Position numbers and translations under genes: made by a program. The notes below the pieces were generated by a model, which had not been told where the DNA came from, did no database searches, and saw nothing but the letters and a program-made list of their open reading frames with translations. Shown piece by piece: positions 1-9,101 of a DNA stretch of 64,000 bases. The stretch is from an uncultured Actinomycetes bacterium (GTDB lineage: Bacteria; Actinomycetota; Thermoleophilia; UBA2241), in contig CAVWIH010000020.1 of NCBI GenBank assembly GCA_963755025.1, forward strand, positions 64,001-128,000, given 5' to 3'. Numbering within the stretch: the stretch's first letter is position 1; every line of letters starts with the position of its first letter.

Positions 1-362
1 CCAACTCGAGAAGCGTCTCCGACGGCGTCATGCACGCCCTCGTGACCTGGGGCGTGAGCGTCGCCTCGATGACCATTCTGAGCGCCATCGGCGTCGCCGG
101 GCTGCTCGGCTTTGGCCTGAACAGCGGTGCGGCGGTAAGGACGGCCATCGGCCTGCCGTCGACGGCTTTGAGCCCGCTCACCAGCGCGAGCGCGGCCACC
201 GGCACGTACGCCGGCTACTACCTGCTGTTCAGCGGCGTCGGCCTGATCACCGCGGTGATCGGCGGCGTCGGTGTGGCGGGCGCCATGCGCCGGCGGCGCA
301 TCACGCAGGTGCCCTCGTCGGTGACCACCCGCGAGGAGACCGAGGTGCGCCGGGCCGCCTGA
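1..362 (+). CDS. Membrane protein, 3' part (start lies upstream of the window)
   Basis: Frame is open from the window edge, with hydrophobic helices (HALVTWGVSVASMTILSAIG; YYLLFSGVGLITAVIGGVGVAG) and stop TGA at 360-362. Confidence 0.6.
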   Translation, partial: NSRSVSDGVMHALVTWGVSVASMTILSAIGVAGLLGFGLNSGAAVRTAIGLPSTALSPLTSASAATGTYAGYYLLFSGVGLITAVIGGVGVAGAMRRRRITQVPSSVTTREETEVRRAA

Positions 363-532
363 CGGCCTGACGACCGAGGTGCGCCGGGCCGCGTCCGCGG
401 TCCGCGGGCGGGCGCCGGGGCCGCAAGGCCCCGGCGCCCGCCCTTTCGCACCGCGGTCGCGCGGCGCCCGTACGGCGGCCTGCGGAGCGTGCGGGCGTGT
501 CGCTCGAGCGGCGGCGGCGGGCCACCCGCGGG

Positions 533-538
533 TATACT
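533..538 (+). promoter_or_regulatory. Putative sigma-70 -10 element (TATACT) for the antiporter gene
   Basis: Near-consensus AT-rich hexamer in a very GC-rich intergenic region, about 110 nt before the ATG at 651. Confidence 0.4.
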
Positions 539-650
539 CTCGGCAGCATCCGTACGCAGTTCCTTGGTGGCCGGAGACCCATGAAGACCTCGAGCGTGGC
601 CGTCGGCGCAGGCCGCCAGGGGCTTCGTCTTTGAAGAACGGGGGGCGTCG

Positions 651-2234
651 ATGCCCATAGTCCCGCTGGCCGGTACGGCGCCGGCGGTCGAGCAGACGCT
701 CGTCCTGCTGCTCATCATCGCCGCCACCGTCGCCGTGCTGGCGCGGCGCGTCGGTGTGCCCTACACCATAGGGCTCGTGCTCGTAGGCCTGGCCGTCGGC
801 TTGGCCACGCACATCGACACCCTGCGCCTGTCGTCCGACCTGGTCTTCTACGTCTTCCTGCCGATCCTGCTGTTCGAGGCCTCGTTCAACCTCGAGGCGC
901 AGCACCTGCGCGAGCAGTGGCGCCGCATCCTGGCGCTGGCGGTGCCCGGCGTGCTGGTCGCCTTCGCGCTCACCGCCCTCGGCGCGCACTACGTGGGCGG
1001 CCTCACCTGGTCGCTCGCCCTGCTGTTCGGGGCGCTCATCGCCGCCACCGACCCGGTGAGCGTGACGGCCCTGTTCCATCGCCTGGGCATCTCGGAACGG
1101 CTCACCACGCTGGTCGACGCCGAGAGCCTGTTCAACGACGGCGTGGCGGCCGTGATCTTTGCCGTCGTGCTCGCCGCGGTGGTCGACGGCCACAACGTCA
1201 CCGCCGGCTGGGCGATCGGCAAGTTCGCCTGGATGGCGCTCGGCGGCCTCGTCGTGGGGCTCGCCGTGGGCGCGGCCGCGTCGTTCGTGCACCGCAACCT
1301 CGACGACCACCTCATCGAGATCACCTTGTCGACGATCGTCGCCTACGGTTCGTTCCTGGCGGGTCAGGCGCTGGGCATGTCCGGCGTGGTCGCCTGCGTC
1401 ACCGCCGCCATCGTGCTCGGCAACCTCGGCCGGCGCCGTACCATGAGCCCGGTCACCCGGGTGACCATGGGCACCGTGTGGGAGTATGCGGCGTTCGTCG
1501 CCAACTCGCTGATCTTTCTGTTGATCGGGCTGAGCTTGCACCTCTCGCTGATCGGCGCCCACGTGGGCGTGGTGCTGATCGCCTTCGTCGTGGTCGTGGC
1601 GGCGCGGGCTGTGACGATCTACGGCTACGGGCTGGTCGCCCGGCCGTTCGGCGTCGGCCTGCCGCTGCGCTGGCAGCACGTGCTGGTGTGGGGGGGACTG
1701 CGCGGCACGATCGCCCTGGCCCTCGTGCTGAGCGTGCCGGCGAACGTGGCCGGACGGGCCACGCTGCAGGTGGTCACCTTCGGCGTCGTGCTGCTGTCGC
1801 TGGTCGGTCAGGGCCTGACCATGCCCTGGCTCACGCGCCGCCTTGGCCTGGAGCGCGAAGAGTCGGTACCCGGGCGCCGCCGTGAGGTCCTGCTCGACGG
1901 TTTTGTCAGCGCTCACGAAGAGCTCGACCGCCTGCAGGAGAGCGGCGCCCTGCCGCGCGCCGAGCGGCGCCATCTCGAGCGCACCATCGAAGAGCAGGAA
2001 GGTCTGCTGCTCGACGGCATGGCGCCGCTCGCCGAGGAACCCGGTAACGGCGACGACGAAGGGCTCGCCGAGCGCATCGGCGCCCTGGTGGCGCAGCGCC
2101 GCCGCATAGACGCGCTGCGCCACGCCGGCGCGCTCGCCGCGCCCAGCGCCGAAGAGCTGCTCACCGAGGTCGACCGGCGCATCGCCCTGCTCGGTGAGCG
2201 CCTCGCCTGCCAGCGCGACCCCGACCGCTGCTAG
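651..2234 (+). CDS. Na+/H+ antiporter, CPA1 (NhaP/NhaG-like) family
   Basis: 527 aa, about 12 TM; CPA1 motifs FLPILLFEA, AATDPVSV, AESLFNDG and WGGLRG. Confidence 0.93.
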   Translation: MPIVPLAGTAPAVEQTLVLLLIIAATVAVLARRVGVPYTIGLVLVGLAVGLATHIDTLRLSSDLVFYVFLPILLFEASFNLEAQHLREQWRRILALAVPGVLVAFALTALGAHYVGGLTWSLALLFGALIAATDPVSVTALFHRLGISERLTTLVDAESLFNDGVAAVIFAVVLAAVVDGHNVTAGWAIGKFAWMALGGLVVGLAVGAAASFVHRNLDDHLIEITLSTIVAYGSFLAGQALGMSGVVACVTAAIVLGNLGRRRTMSPVTRVTMGTVWEYAAFVANSLIFLLIGLSLHLSLIGAHVGVVLIAFVVVVAARAVTIYGYGLVARPFGVGLPLRWQHVLVWGGLRGTIALALVLSVPANVAGRATLQVVTFGVVLLSLVGQGLTMPWLTRRLGLEREESVPGRRREVLLDGFVSAHEELDRLQESGALPRAERRHLERTIEEQEGLLLDGMAPLAEEPGNGDDEGLAERIGALVAQRRRIDALRHAGALAAPSAEELLTEVDRRIALLGERLACQRDPDRC

Positions 2235-3586
2235 CCGAGCCCCCGTGCGTCGGGCTCGAGGGCGACCTCGACGAGCACGCGGTGCGACTCGAAACGCTGA
2301 TCGACGGCCTCGCGGAGCAGGGTCTGGTGGCGCATGAGGACGGCGCGTCTGTCGTCGGGCACGATGTCCTTGAGCGCGTCGATCAACGAGGCGAGGCGCC
2401 TGGTGACCTGCGGCGAGCCGGCGCCGAACTCGGTGATCTCGGTGAGGGCGAGGTCGACGAGCTGGTCCCAGCTGCGTACCTGCATCATGAGGCGCACGGT
2501 GCCGTTACGGTCGGCGAACAGGCCGGTGGGCCAGTCGCGCGTCGACATCTGCCGCAGGAAGTCCTGAAGGCGGTCGAGCACCTGCACGGCCGTGGTCGGC
2601 GCGTTCACCGCCGGCGACAGCGCCTGCGCGGCGACGTCGACCAGGGCGCGCACGCCGTAGAAGGGGTCGCGGTAGACGGTGCGTTCCGGGCCTATGTCGA
2701 CCGTGCGCAGAAAGTCGTTGTCGGCGGGCAGGCTTGCGGGCCCGTCGGGCCCCGCAAAGAGCTCGAACAGCGGCTCGCCGCTGCCCACGTACTGGCCCAC
2801 CTGGGGCGTGAGGCGCGCCACGCAGTCGTGCTGGCGGGCGAGCCGCACGCAGGCGGCGATGTCGACGGCCTGCAGCATGCCCTGATCGAGGTGCACGCCC
2901 AGGGCGAGCGGCCCTGCGCGGTAGACGATGGTGCGGTCGGGCGCGCCCAGCACCGGCTCCGGCACCGCCGCGTAGCGCTCGGGTGGCGGGAACATCTGCT
3001 CGAGGGCGCGGCTCGTCTCGACGGCTACCGTGCTGATCGCGTAGGCGATGCGCATGCCGCGGATCGTCAGGGTGACGTAGGCGATGAACACGGCGATGCT
3101 GGCGATGGCGAGGGCCATGGCGACCACGACCGAGACCGTCGAGATGTCGGCGTGGCCGCGGCGCGAGAGCTCTTCGAGGTAGCCCAGGCTGAAGAGCGGA
3201 TAGATGAAGGTCGCGATGAAGGTGCCCAGGGCGACCTTGGTGGTCGTGGTGCGCACGTAGTTGCGCAGCACGCGCGGCGAGAACTGCTGGCTGGCGAGCT
3301 GCAGTGCGACGAGGCCGATCGAGAAGACCACGCCGAGGAAGGTGAGCATCGCGGTTGCCAAGGTCGAGAGCACGACGCCTGCGTCGCCGGCGCTCACGAT
3401 CCAGGGCGCGGTACCGGCCGTGACCGGCGGCAGGCTCTGGTCGATCTGGCGGGTGACGATCGACAGCAGCAGCGCCCCGACCAGGAACGCCGCCGGGATG
3501 AACCAGAAGTTGTTGTAGAAGCGCTCGCGGGGACGCACCAGGCTGAAGCGTCGCCCGTCCGCGACCACCTGCGCTCGACTAGCCAC
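2231..3586 (-). CDS. DUF2254 family membrane protein
   Basis: Motifs FWFIP, LQLASQQFSPRVLR, VDVAAQALSPAVNAPTTAVQVLDRL and GAGSPQV. Start set at GTG 3586 because an AGGAGG RBS lies just upstream. Confidence 0.88.
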   Translation of the reverse strand: MASRAQVVADGRRFSLVRPRERFYNNFWFIPAAFLVGALLLSIVTRQIDQSLPPVTAGTAPWIVSAGDAGVVLSTLATAMLTFLGVVFSIGLVALQLASQQFSPRVLRNYVRTTTTKVALGTFIATFIYPLFSLGYLEELSRRGHADISTVSVVVAMALAIASIAVFIAYVTLTIRGMRIAYAISTVAVETSRALEQMFPPPERYAAVPEPVLGAPDRTIVYRAGPLALGVHLDQGMLQAVDIAACVRLARQHDCVARLTPQVGQYVGSGEPLFELFAGPDGPASLPADNDFLRTVDIGPERTVYRDPFYGVRALVDVAAQALSPAVNAPTTAVQVLDRLQDFLRQMSTRDWPTGLFADRNGTVRLMMQVRSWDQLVDLALTEITEFGAGSPQVTRRLASLIDALKDIVPDDRRAVLMRHQTLLREAVDQRFESHRVLVEVALEPDARGLG

Positions 3587-3656
3587 CGCCGCCTCCTTTT
3601 GCACCATCCGTTTGTGCGACTTGCGAACGCGCAGCCGGTCGTGTGTGCCCCGACGC

Positions 3657-3760
3657 AAACGAAGGCGCCGGAACGTCTCTGGCGTTTCCGGCGCCTTCGT
3701 GCATGCGTAGCGCCGGTGCCGACCAGACTTCCCGGCGCTCCACTAGCCGTCGTTAGTCTA
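3657..3760 (-). promoter_or_regulatory. Structured leader or attenuator (candidate riboswitch) upstream of DUF2254
   Basis: -10 TAGACT (3755-3760); 8-bp stem AGCGCCGG/CCGGCGCU (3709-3739) enclosing GAAGUCUGGUCGGCA; then a 15-bp terminator-like hairpin (3659-3700) with a short U tail. Confidence 0.55.
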
Positions 3761-3954
3761 TCCGAATCGCCACGGCTGCGGCCATTCCTGCGCTGCGCCG
3801 GCGACTCCCTCAATGGCCGCGCGCCGACGGCCGGGCGGGGCGCCGCGGCCGACGGGCGCCGCGGCCGCGACGGGCCGATGGATTGCGCCGGCAGCGCGTC
3901 GAGGGCTACGATTGGCGAGCACGACCCGAACGCAAGGCAGGGGAAGGGGGGACG

Positions 3955-4371
3955 ATGAGCCCGGTCGACGCCACCACCAACGTGGGCGCCGGTAACTGGA
4001 AGGGCCTGGGCATGTGGGCCTGGCTGCTCTTCCGCATCGCCGGCCTCGTCCTGGTCCTCTACCTGTTCGCCCACATCGTCGTCATCTCGAGCGCCCGCTG
4101 GGGTGGTCACTCCACCCTGAACAGCGCCTTCACCATGTTCGACCACCCCCTGTTCGTGCTGCTCGACCTACTGCTCGTGTGGGCGGTCCTGTTCCACGCC
4201 GTGAACGGCGTGCGCATCCTGCTCATGGACTTCGGCCTCGGCATCCACCGTCACAAGCTCGTCTTCGTGGCCTGCATGGCGATCGCCGTGATCAGCCTCT
4301 GCTTCTTTGCCTTCAAGGCCTTCTCGTACGTCGCGGCGCACCACGCCGGCGGCCTGGGAGGTCTCGTATGA
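3955..4371 (+). CDS. sdhC: Succinate dehydrogenase cytochrome b556 subunit
   Basis: GMWAWLLFRIAG...LFAH...LFHAVNGVRILLMD; 3 TM; first gene of the sdh operon. Confidence 0.9.
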   Translation: MSPVDATTNVGAGNWKGLGMWAWLLFRIAGLVLVLYLFAHIVVISSARWGGHSTLNSAFTMFDHPLFVLLDLLLVWAVLFHAVNGVRILLMDFGLGIHRHKLVFVACMAIAVISLCFFAFKAFSYVAAHHAGGLGGLV

Positions 4372-4817
4372 CCGCGCAGGTCACGCAGACCCCGCCGCAG
4401 GCGCCGGCGGCGCCGGCGCCTGCGAGCGGCGCGCCAGCGCCCGCCGGCCGCATGCGCCGCGGCGTGATCGACGGCAGCAGGGGCGGCATGTGGGCCTGGC
4501 TGTTCCAGCGTGTCACCGCCGTGGTGCTCATCGTGGGGCTCATGACCCACCTGATCGCCACCCACATCCTGAACCTGGGCCACCTGAGCTTTCTGAACAT
4601 CAGCGCCCGCCTGGGCTCGAGCTTCTTCGTGGTCATCGACGTCAGCCTGCTGGCGGCGTCGATCTTTCACGGCCTGAACGGGGCGCGCATGGTGGTGCTC
4701 GACTACTGGCTGCAGTCGGTGGCCGCCCGCCGCACGCTGGCGATCGCGCTCTGGGTGTTCGGCTCGGCCACCTTCGTGTACGGCATGTGGGCGCTGTGGC
4801 CCTGGATCTCAAAGTGA
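4368..4817 (+). CDS. sdhD: Succinate dehydrogenase membrane anchor subunit
   Basis: WAWLFQRVTA...THL...FHGLNGARMVVLDY; ATGA overlap with sdhC. Confidence 0.88.
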   Translation: MTAQVTQTPPQAPAAPAPASGAPAPAGRMRRGVIDGSRGGMWAWLFQRVTAVVLIVGLMTHLIATHILNLGHLSFLNISARLGSSFFVVIDVSLLAASIFHGLNGARMVVLDYWLQSVAARRTLAIALWVFGSATFVYGMWALWPWISK

Positions 4818-4827
4818 GGGGCCGGCC

Positions 4828-6534
4828 GTGATCAAACATCAGCTCGTTATCGTGGGCGGCGGTCTGGCCGGCCTGCGCGCCGCCGTCGAAGCCAAGGGCG
4901 CGGGCATCGACGTCGCCATACTCTCGCAGGTCCACCCCGGCCGCAGCCACTCGGGCGCGGCGCAGGGCGGCATCAACGCGGCCCTCGCCAATAACCCCGA
5001 GGGCCACGACGACACCCCGCAAAAGCACGCCTTCGACACCGTCAAGGGCTCCGACTACCTGGCCGACCAGGACGCCGTGCTGCAGATGACGAGCGACGCG
5101 CCCGACACGATCTTCGAGATGGAGCACTGGGGCTGCCCGTTCAGCCGCTACGACGACGGCCGCATCGCCCAGCGCCCGTTCGGCGGCGCCGGCTACCCGC
5201 GCACCTGCTACGGCGCCGACAAGACCGGCCACTACCTGCTGCACACGCTGGTCGAACAGGCCTACCGCCGCCAGGTCGCCATGTACATCGAACAGTTCGT
5301 GACCAGCCTGATCATGGTCGACGGCCAGTGCCGCGGCGTGGTCGCCTACGACATGATCCGAGGCGGCTTCGAAGCCTACGCCGCCGACGCCGTGATCATC
5401 GCTACGGGCGGCGCCGGGCGCACCTACTCGAACACCACCAACGCCATCATCTCGACCGGCTACGGCGCGGCCATGGCCTACCACGCCGGCGTGGCCCTCA
5501 AGGACATGGAGTTCGTGCAGTTCCACCCCACGGGCCTCTACACCACGAACATCCTCATGACCGAGGGCTGCCGCGGCGAGGGCGCCTACCTGGTCAACGA
5601 CCTGGGCGAGCGCTTCATGTCGCGCTACGCGCCCAAGGTCATGGAGCTCGCCCCGCGCGACATCACGGCGCGCTCCATCTGGACCGAGATCCTCGAAGGG
5701 CGCGGCATCGGCGGCAAAGACTTCGTCTACCTCGACCTGCGCCACCTGGGCGAGCAGAAGATCGCCGAGAGGCTGCCCGGCGTGCGCGACCTGTCGATCC
5801 ACTTCGAGGGCGTCGACCCCGTGCACGACCCGGTGCCGATCGTGCCCAGCCAGCACTACACGATGGGCGGCATCGACACCGACATGAACGGCCGCACCGC
5901 CGTACCCGGCCTCTACGCCGCCGGCGAGTGCGCCTGCGTGAGCGTGCATGGCGCCAACCGCCTGGGCGGCAACTCGCTGCTCGAGACGATCGTCTTCGGG
6001 CGGCGCGCCGGCAGGGCGGTGGTCGAGTACCTGGGCGGCGCCGACGGGCGCCCCGCGCCCGACGCCGGCGCCCACGAGGCGCTGGCGGCCGTGCAGGCGC
6101 GCGTCGACCGCCTGGCGCGCGCCGACGCGAGCGAAGACGCCTACGACATCCGCGCCGAGATGGTCGACACCATGAAGCTCAACTTCGGCATCTTCCGCGA
6201 GGCGCGCCAGATGCAGGAGGGCGTCGACAAGCTGCTCGCCCTCAAAGAGCGTCTGCCGCGCACAGGCCTGCGCCACGCCGGCGGCGCCTTCAACCTCGAC
6301 ATGATCCGCACGATCGAGCTCGAAGGCATGCTCGACGTGGCCATCGCCACGGCGGTCGGCGCCTTCAAGCGCACCGAGTCGCGCGGCTCGCACGCGCGCA
6401 CCGACTACCCCAACCGCGACGACGCGCGCTGGCTCGAGCACACCCTGGCGCTCTACCGGCCCGACGGTCCGCCCGAGCTGCAAAGCGCGCCGGTCGCCCT
6501 CGGCATGTTCGAACCACAGGAGCGCAAGTACTGA
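4828..6534 (+). CDS. sdhA: Succinate dehydrogenase/fumarate reductase flavoprotein subunit
   Basis: GGGLAG, SHSGAAQGG (covalent FAD His), QFHPTG, ELAPRD, HYTMGG, HGANRLGGNSL and ESRGSH. Confidence 0.96.
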   Translation: MIKHQLVIVGGGLAGLRAAVEAKGAGIDVAILSQVHPGRSHSGAAQGGINAALANNPEGHDDTPQKHAFDTVKGSDYLADQDAVLQMTSDAPDTIFEMEHWGCPFSRYDDGRIAQRPFGGAGYPRTCYGADKTGHYLLHTLVEQAYRRQVAMYIEQFVTSLIMVDGQCRGVVAYDMIRGGFEAYAADAVIIATGGAGRTYSNTTNAIISTGYGAAMAYHAGVALKDMEFVQFHPTGLYTTNILMTEGCRGEGAYLVNDLGERFMSRYAPKVMELAPRDITARSIWTEILEGRGIGGKDFVYLDLRHLGEQKIAERLPGVRDLSIHFEGVDPVHDPVPIVPSQHYTMGGIDTDMNGRTAVPGLYAAGECACVSVHGANRLGGNSLLETIVFGRRAGRAVVEYLGGADGRPAPDAGAHEALAAVQARVDRLARADASEDAYDIRAEMVDTMKLNFGIFREARQMQEGVDKLLALKERLPRTGLRHAGGAFNLDMIRTIELEGMLDVAIATAVGAFKRTESRGSHARTDYPNRDDARWLEHTLALYRPDGPPELQSAPVALGMFEPQERKY

Positions 6535-7256
6535 TGAGCGAGGCTCGCTTTCGCATAAAGCGGTTCGACCCGGCCGGCGACGCGGCGCCGCACTTCGAGA
6601 CCTACGTGGTGCCCTACGAGAACAGCCTGACGGTGCTCGAGGGCCTCTTCTCGGTGCAGGAGCGCCAGGACGGCTCGCTGGCCTTTCGCTACTGCTGCCG
6701 CGCCGCGGTCTGCGGCTCGTGCGCCATGTACATCAACGGCCGCTACCGCCTGGCCTGCCAGACCAACGTCGCCCAGCTGCCCGCCGGCGACGTCACGATC
6801 GAGCCCATGCCGCACCTGCCGCTGGTCAAAGACCTCGTCTGCGACATGACCGACTTCTTCGCCAAGTACGAGTACATCAAGCCCTGGCTCATTCGCGACG
6901 AGGCCGACGACCCCGAGCGCGAGATCGCGCAGTCGCCCAAGGCGCGCCGCAAGCTCGACATGCCGATCGACTGCATCCTCTGCGGCTGCTGCTACAGCTC
7001 GTGCCCGTCGGTGTGGGGCGAAGAGAACTACCTGGGGCCGGCGGCCCTGCTCAAGGCCTACCGGTTCGAGGTCGACTCGCGCGACGACGCCCGCCGCGCC
7101 CGCCTGCCCGAGTTCGACAACGAGCGTGGCGTCTACCGCTGCCACACCATCACCAACTGCGTCGAGGCCTGCCCCAAGGAGCTTAACCCGACCGAGGGCA
7201 TCCAGTGGCTCAAGGGCGCGGCCGTGCGGCGGCGCCTGTTCGGGCGACGCAAGTAG
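6534..7256 (+). CDS. sdhB: Succinate dehydrogenase iron-sulfur subunit
   Basis: CRAAVCGSC...LAC, CILCGCCYSSCP and CHTITNCVEACP; TGATG coupling to sdhA. Confidence 0.95.
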   Translation: MSEARFRIKRFDPAGDAAPHFETYVVPYENSLTVLEGLFSVQERQDGSLAFRYCCRAAVCGSCAMYINGRYRLACQTNVAQLPAGDVTIEPMPHLPLVKDLVCDMTDFFAKYEYIKPWLIRDEADDPEREIAQSPKARRKLDMPIDCILCGCCYSSCPSVWGEENYLGPAALLKAYRFEVDSRDDARRARLPEFDNERGVYRCHTITNCVEACPKELNPTEGIQWLKGAAVRRRLFGRRK

Positions 7257-7273
7257 CGAGCGCGGGGCGGCTG

Positions 7274-7813
7274 GTGAAGACGACCGTGGGCAAGACCGTG
7301 CTCGAAGTGGTCGCCGCGGACATCGCCGCGCTCGACGTCGCGGCCATCGCCAACGCCGCCAACAACGAGCTCTGGATGGGCGCCGGGGTGGCCGGCGCCA
7401 TCAAACGGGCCGGCGGCGTCGAGATCGAGCACGAAGCCATGCGCCAGGGCCCCATCGCGGTCGGCGAGGCCGTGGCCACCGCCGGCGGCACGCTGCGCGC
7501 GACCTGGGTCATCCACGCCGCCGTCATGGGGCACGACCTGCGCACCAGCGCCGACCTGATCGCCGGCGCCACGACGCGCACGCTCGAGGTCGCCGAGCGG
7601 CTGGGCGCGCGCTCGCTCGGGCTGCCGGCCTTCGGCACCGGGGTGGGCGGGTTTCCCATCTACTCCTGCGCCCAGATCATGGTCGAGCGCGTGCGCGCCT
7701 ACCTTGCCGAGCGACCGACCTGCCTGCGGCGCATCGTGTTCTGCGCCTACGACGAGGTCGGCGCCGCCGCCTTCAAACACGCCCTGAGCGGCGCCACGCG
7801 ACCCGACGCCTAG
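7274..7813 (+). CDS. Macro domain (ADP-ribose binding, YmdB-like) protein
   Basis: DIAALDVAAIANAANNELWMGAGVAGAI, VIHAAV and PAFGTGVGGFP. Confidence 0.9.
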   Translation: MKTTVGKTVLEVVAADIAALDVAAIANAANNELWMGAGVAGAIKRAGGVEIEHEAMRQGPIAVGEAVATAGGTLRATWVIHAAVMGHDLRTSADLIAGATTRTLEVAERLGARSLGLPAFGTGVGGFPIYSCAQIMVERVRAYLAERPTCLRRIVFCAYDEVGAAAFKHALSGATRPDA

Positions 7814-7837
7814 AGGCGCCGCCGCGCATCGCGGCGG

Positions 7838-7951
7838 GCGCGAGACCTTAGTCGCCGTAGCGGCGGCGGTGTGCGGCGGAGCTCATCGGGCGTCACGGCG
7901 GCGGTGCGCCGCGCGAGACCTCAGCCGCCGTAGCGGCGGCGGTGCGCGGCG
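7838..7951. repeat. Direct repeat of about 41 bp (2 copies, period 73) duplicating the 3' end of the DUF1786 gene
   Basis: gcgcgagacctYagYcgccgtagcggcggcggtgYgcggcg at about 7838-7878 and 7911-7951. Confidence 0.75.
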
Positions 7952-9012
7952 ATCAGCCCGGCCGGGCCGGTCATCATCATGTCGCCGTAGGGCGCCGGAA
8001 AGCGCACGGGCAGCGAGCTGCCGGCGAGCAGGTGGCGGTTGGGCCCGGTGACGAGCACGGGCAGGCCGGCGGGCACGCCGCCGCGCAGCTCGTCGGCCAG
8101 CGCGGCTCCGTGCCCGCCGGCCTGCCGCACCTCGTCGCCGGGCAGCTCGCCGGCCAGAAAGCGCCGCAGCAGCGTGTCGAGCAGGGGGCCGTCGAGCCGG
8201 TAGGTATGGTCTTCGTAGACGCCGGCCAGGCGGCCTTCGAGGGCGATCGCGCAGATCGTGTGGCCGTTGCCCACGTTGATCAGCACGGCGTCGGCACAGG
8301 CGCCGCCGGGCTCGTCGCCGAGGGCGCCCAGCAGGGCGGCGGGGCCGGTGTCGGCGGCCGTGACTCGCGGCAGAGCCGCGAGCTCGCCGGCCGCCGCCCG
8401 CAGCCGCGTGAACTCGGCCGGCACCTCGTCGGCGCCGCCGCCGGCCGCGTAGAACAGCTCGTCGAGCGGCGTGCGCACCGCCAGGGCGCGCTCCCAGAAG
8501 GCGAAGCGGAAGATGCGGTTGGAACCCTGCGGGTCGAAGCCGTGGTCCTGGGCGGCCACGCAGCCGCCGGCGAAGTCGGTCGGTACGCCGAAGCCGGCCA
8601 GCGCGCGCAGCAGCGCGGGCAGGTCGAGGTCGCCGGCGCGCACCAGGGTAGCACCGCCGCGCACGAGCCCCGCGACCTCGTCGTCCGAGACCAGCGTAAT
8701 GCCGCGGGAGGCCACATCCTTCAGGCTGTCGTCGAAGGTGAGAGCCGCCGTCGCGGTGGCGTAAAAGGCGTGGCCCGCGGCCAGGTGCGCGGTGGCGGCG
8801 CGCAAGGCCGAGCCGCCGCCCATGGTCGATCCGGCGAAGGCCACGGCAAGGCCGCGGCGCGTGGCGTCGCGGATCTGGGCGGAGGCGACCCGGGTGGCCG
8901 AGGGCACGACGAGCTTCACCGAGTTCTCGGGGCGCTCCTCGGGGGCGAAGACGAGGATGTCGGTGGTCCCCGTGCCCACGTCGAGGGCCAGCAGGCGGCC
9001 GGCGGCGGTCAT
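7921..9012 (-). CDS. DUF1786 family protein (ASKHA/actin-like fold)
   Basis: LLALDVGTGTTDIL, ENSVKLVVPSAT, TMGGG, QDHG, DTGPAA, NVGNGHT and APYGDMMMTG. Confidence 0.85.
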   Translation of the reverse strand: MTAAGRLLALDVGTGTTDILVFAPEERPENSVKLVVPSATRVASAQIRDATRRGLAVAFAGSTMGGGSALRAATAHLAAGHAFYATATAALTFDDSLKDVASRGITLVSDDEVAGLVRGGATLVRAGDLDLPALLRALAGFGVPTDFAGGCVAAQDHGFDPQGSNRIFRFAFWERALAVRTPLDELFYAAGGGADEVPAEFTRLRAAAGELAALPRVTAADTGPAALLGALGDEPGGACADAVLINVGNGHTICAIALEGRLAGVYEDHTYRLDGPLLDTLLRRFLAGELPGDEVRQAGGHGAALADELRGGVPAGLPVLVTGPNRHLLAGSSLPVRFPAPYGDMMMTGPAGLIAAHRRRYGG

Positions 9013-9048
9013 GGGCGGGCTGCGGTCATGGGCGGGCTGCGGTCATGA
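9005..9048. repeat. 17-bp tandem repeat (about 2.5 copies) spanning the DUF1786 start codon
   Basis: (gcggtcatgggcgggct)x2 followed by gcggtcatga. Confidence 0.75.
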
Positions 9049-9101
9049 TCGAGCGGCGGCGGTCACTTGAGCGGCTGCCGGCGGCGGTCACGGGCGAACC
9101 G

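Noticed and set aside
540-650. Riboswitch in the antiporter 5' UTR (fluoride or Na+ class)
   Set aside because: Some pairing potential, but no consensus I can recognise and no clear expression platform; needs cmscan.
7838-7951. Possible mini-CRISPR (41-bp repeat, 32-nt spacer)
   Set aside because: Only two copies, one is the coding end of DUF1786, the spacer partly repeats the same sequence, and there are no cas genes.
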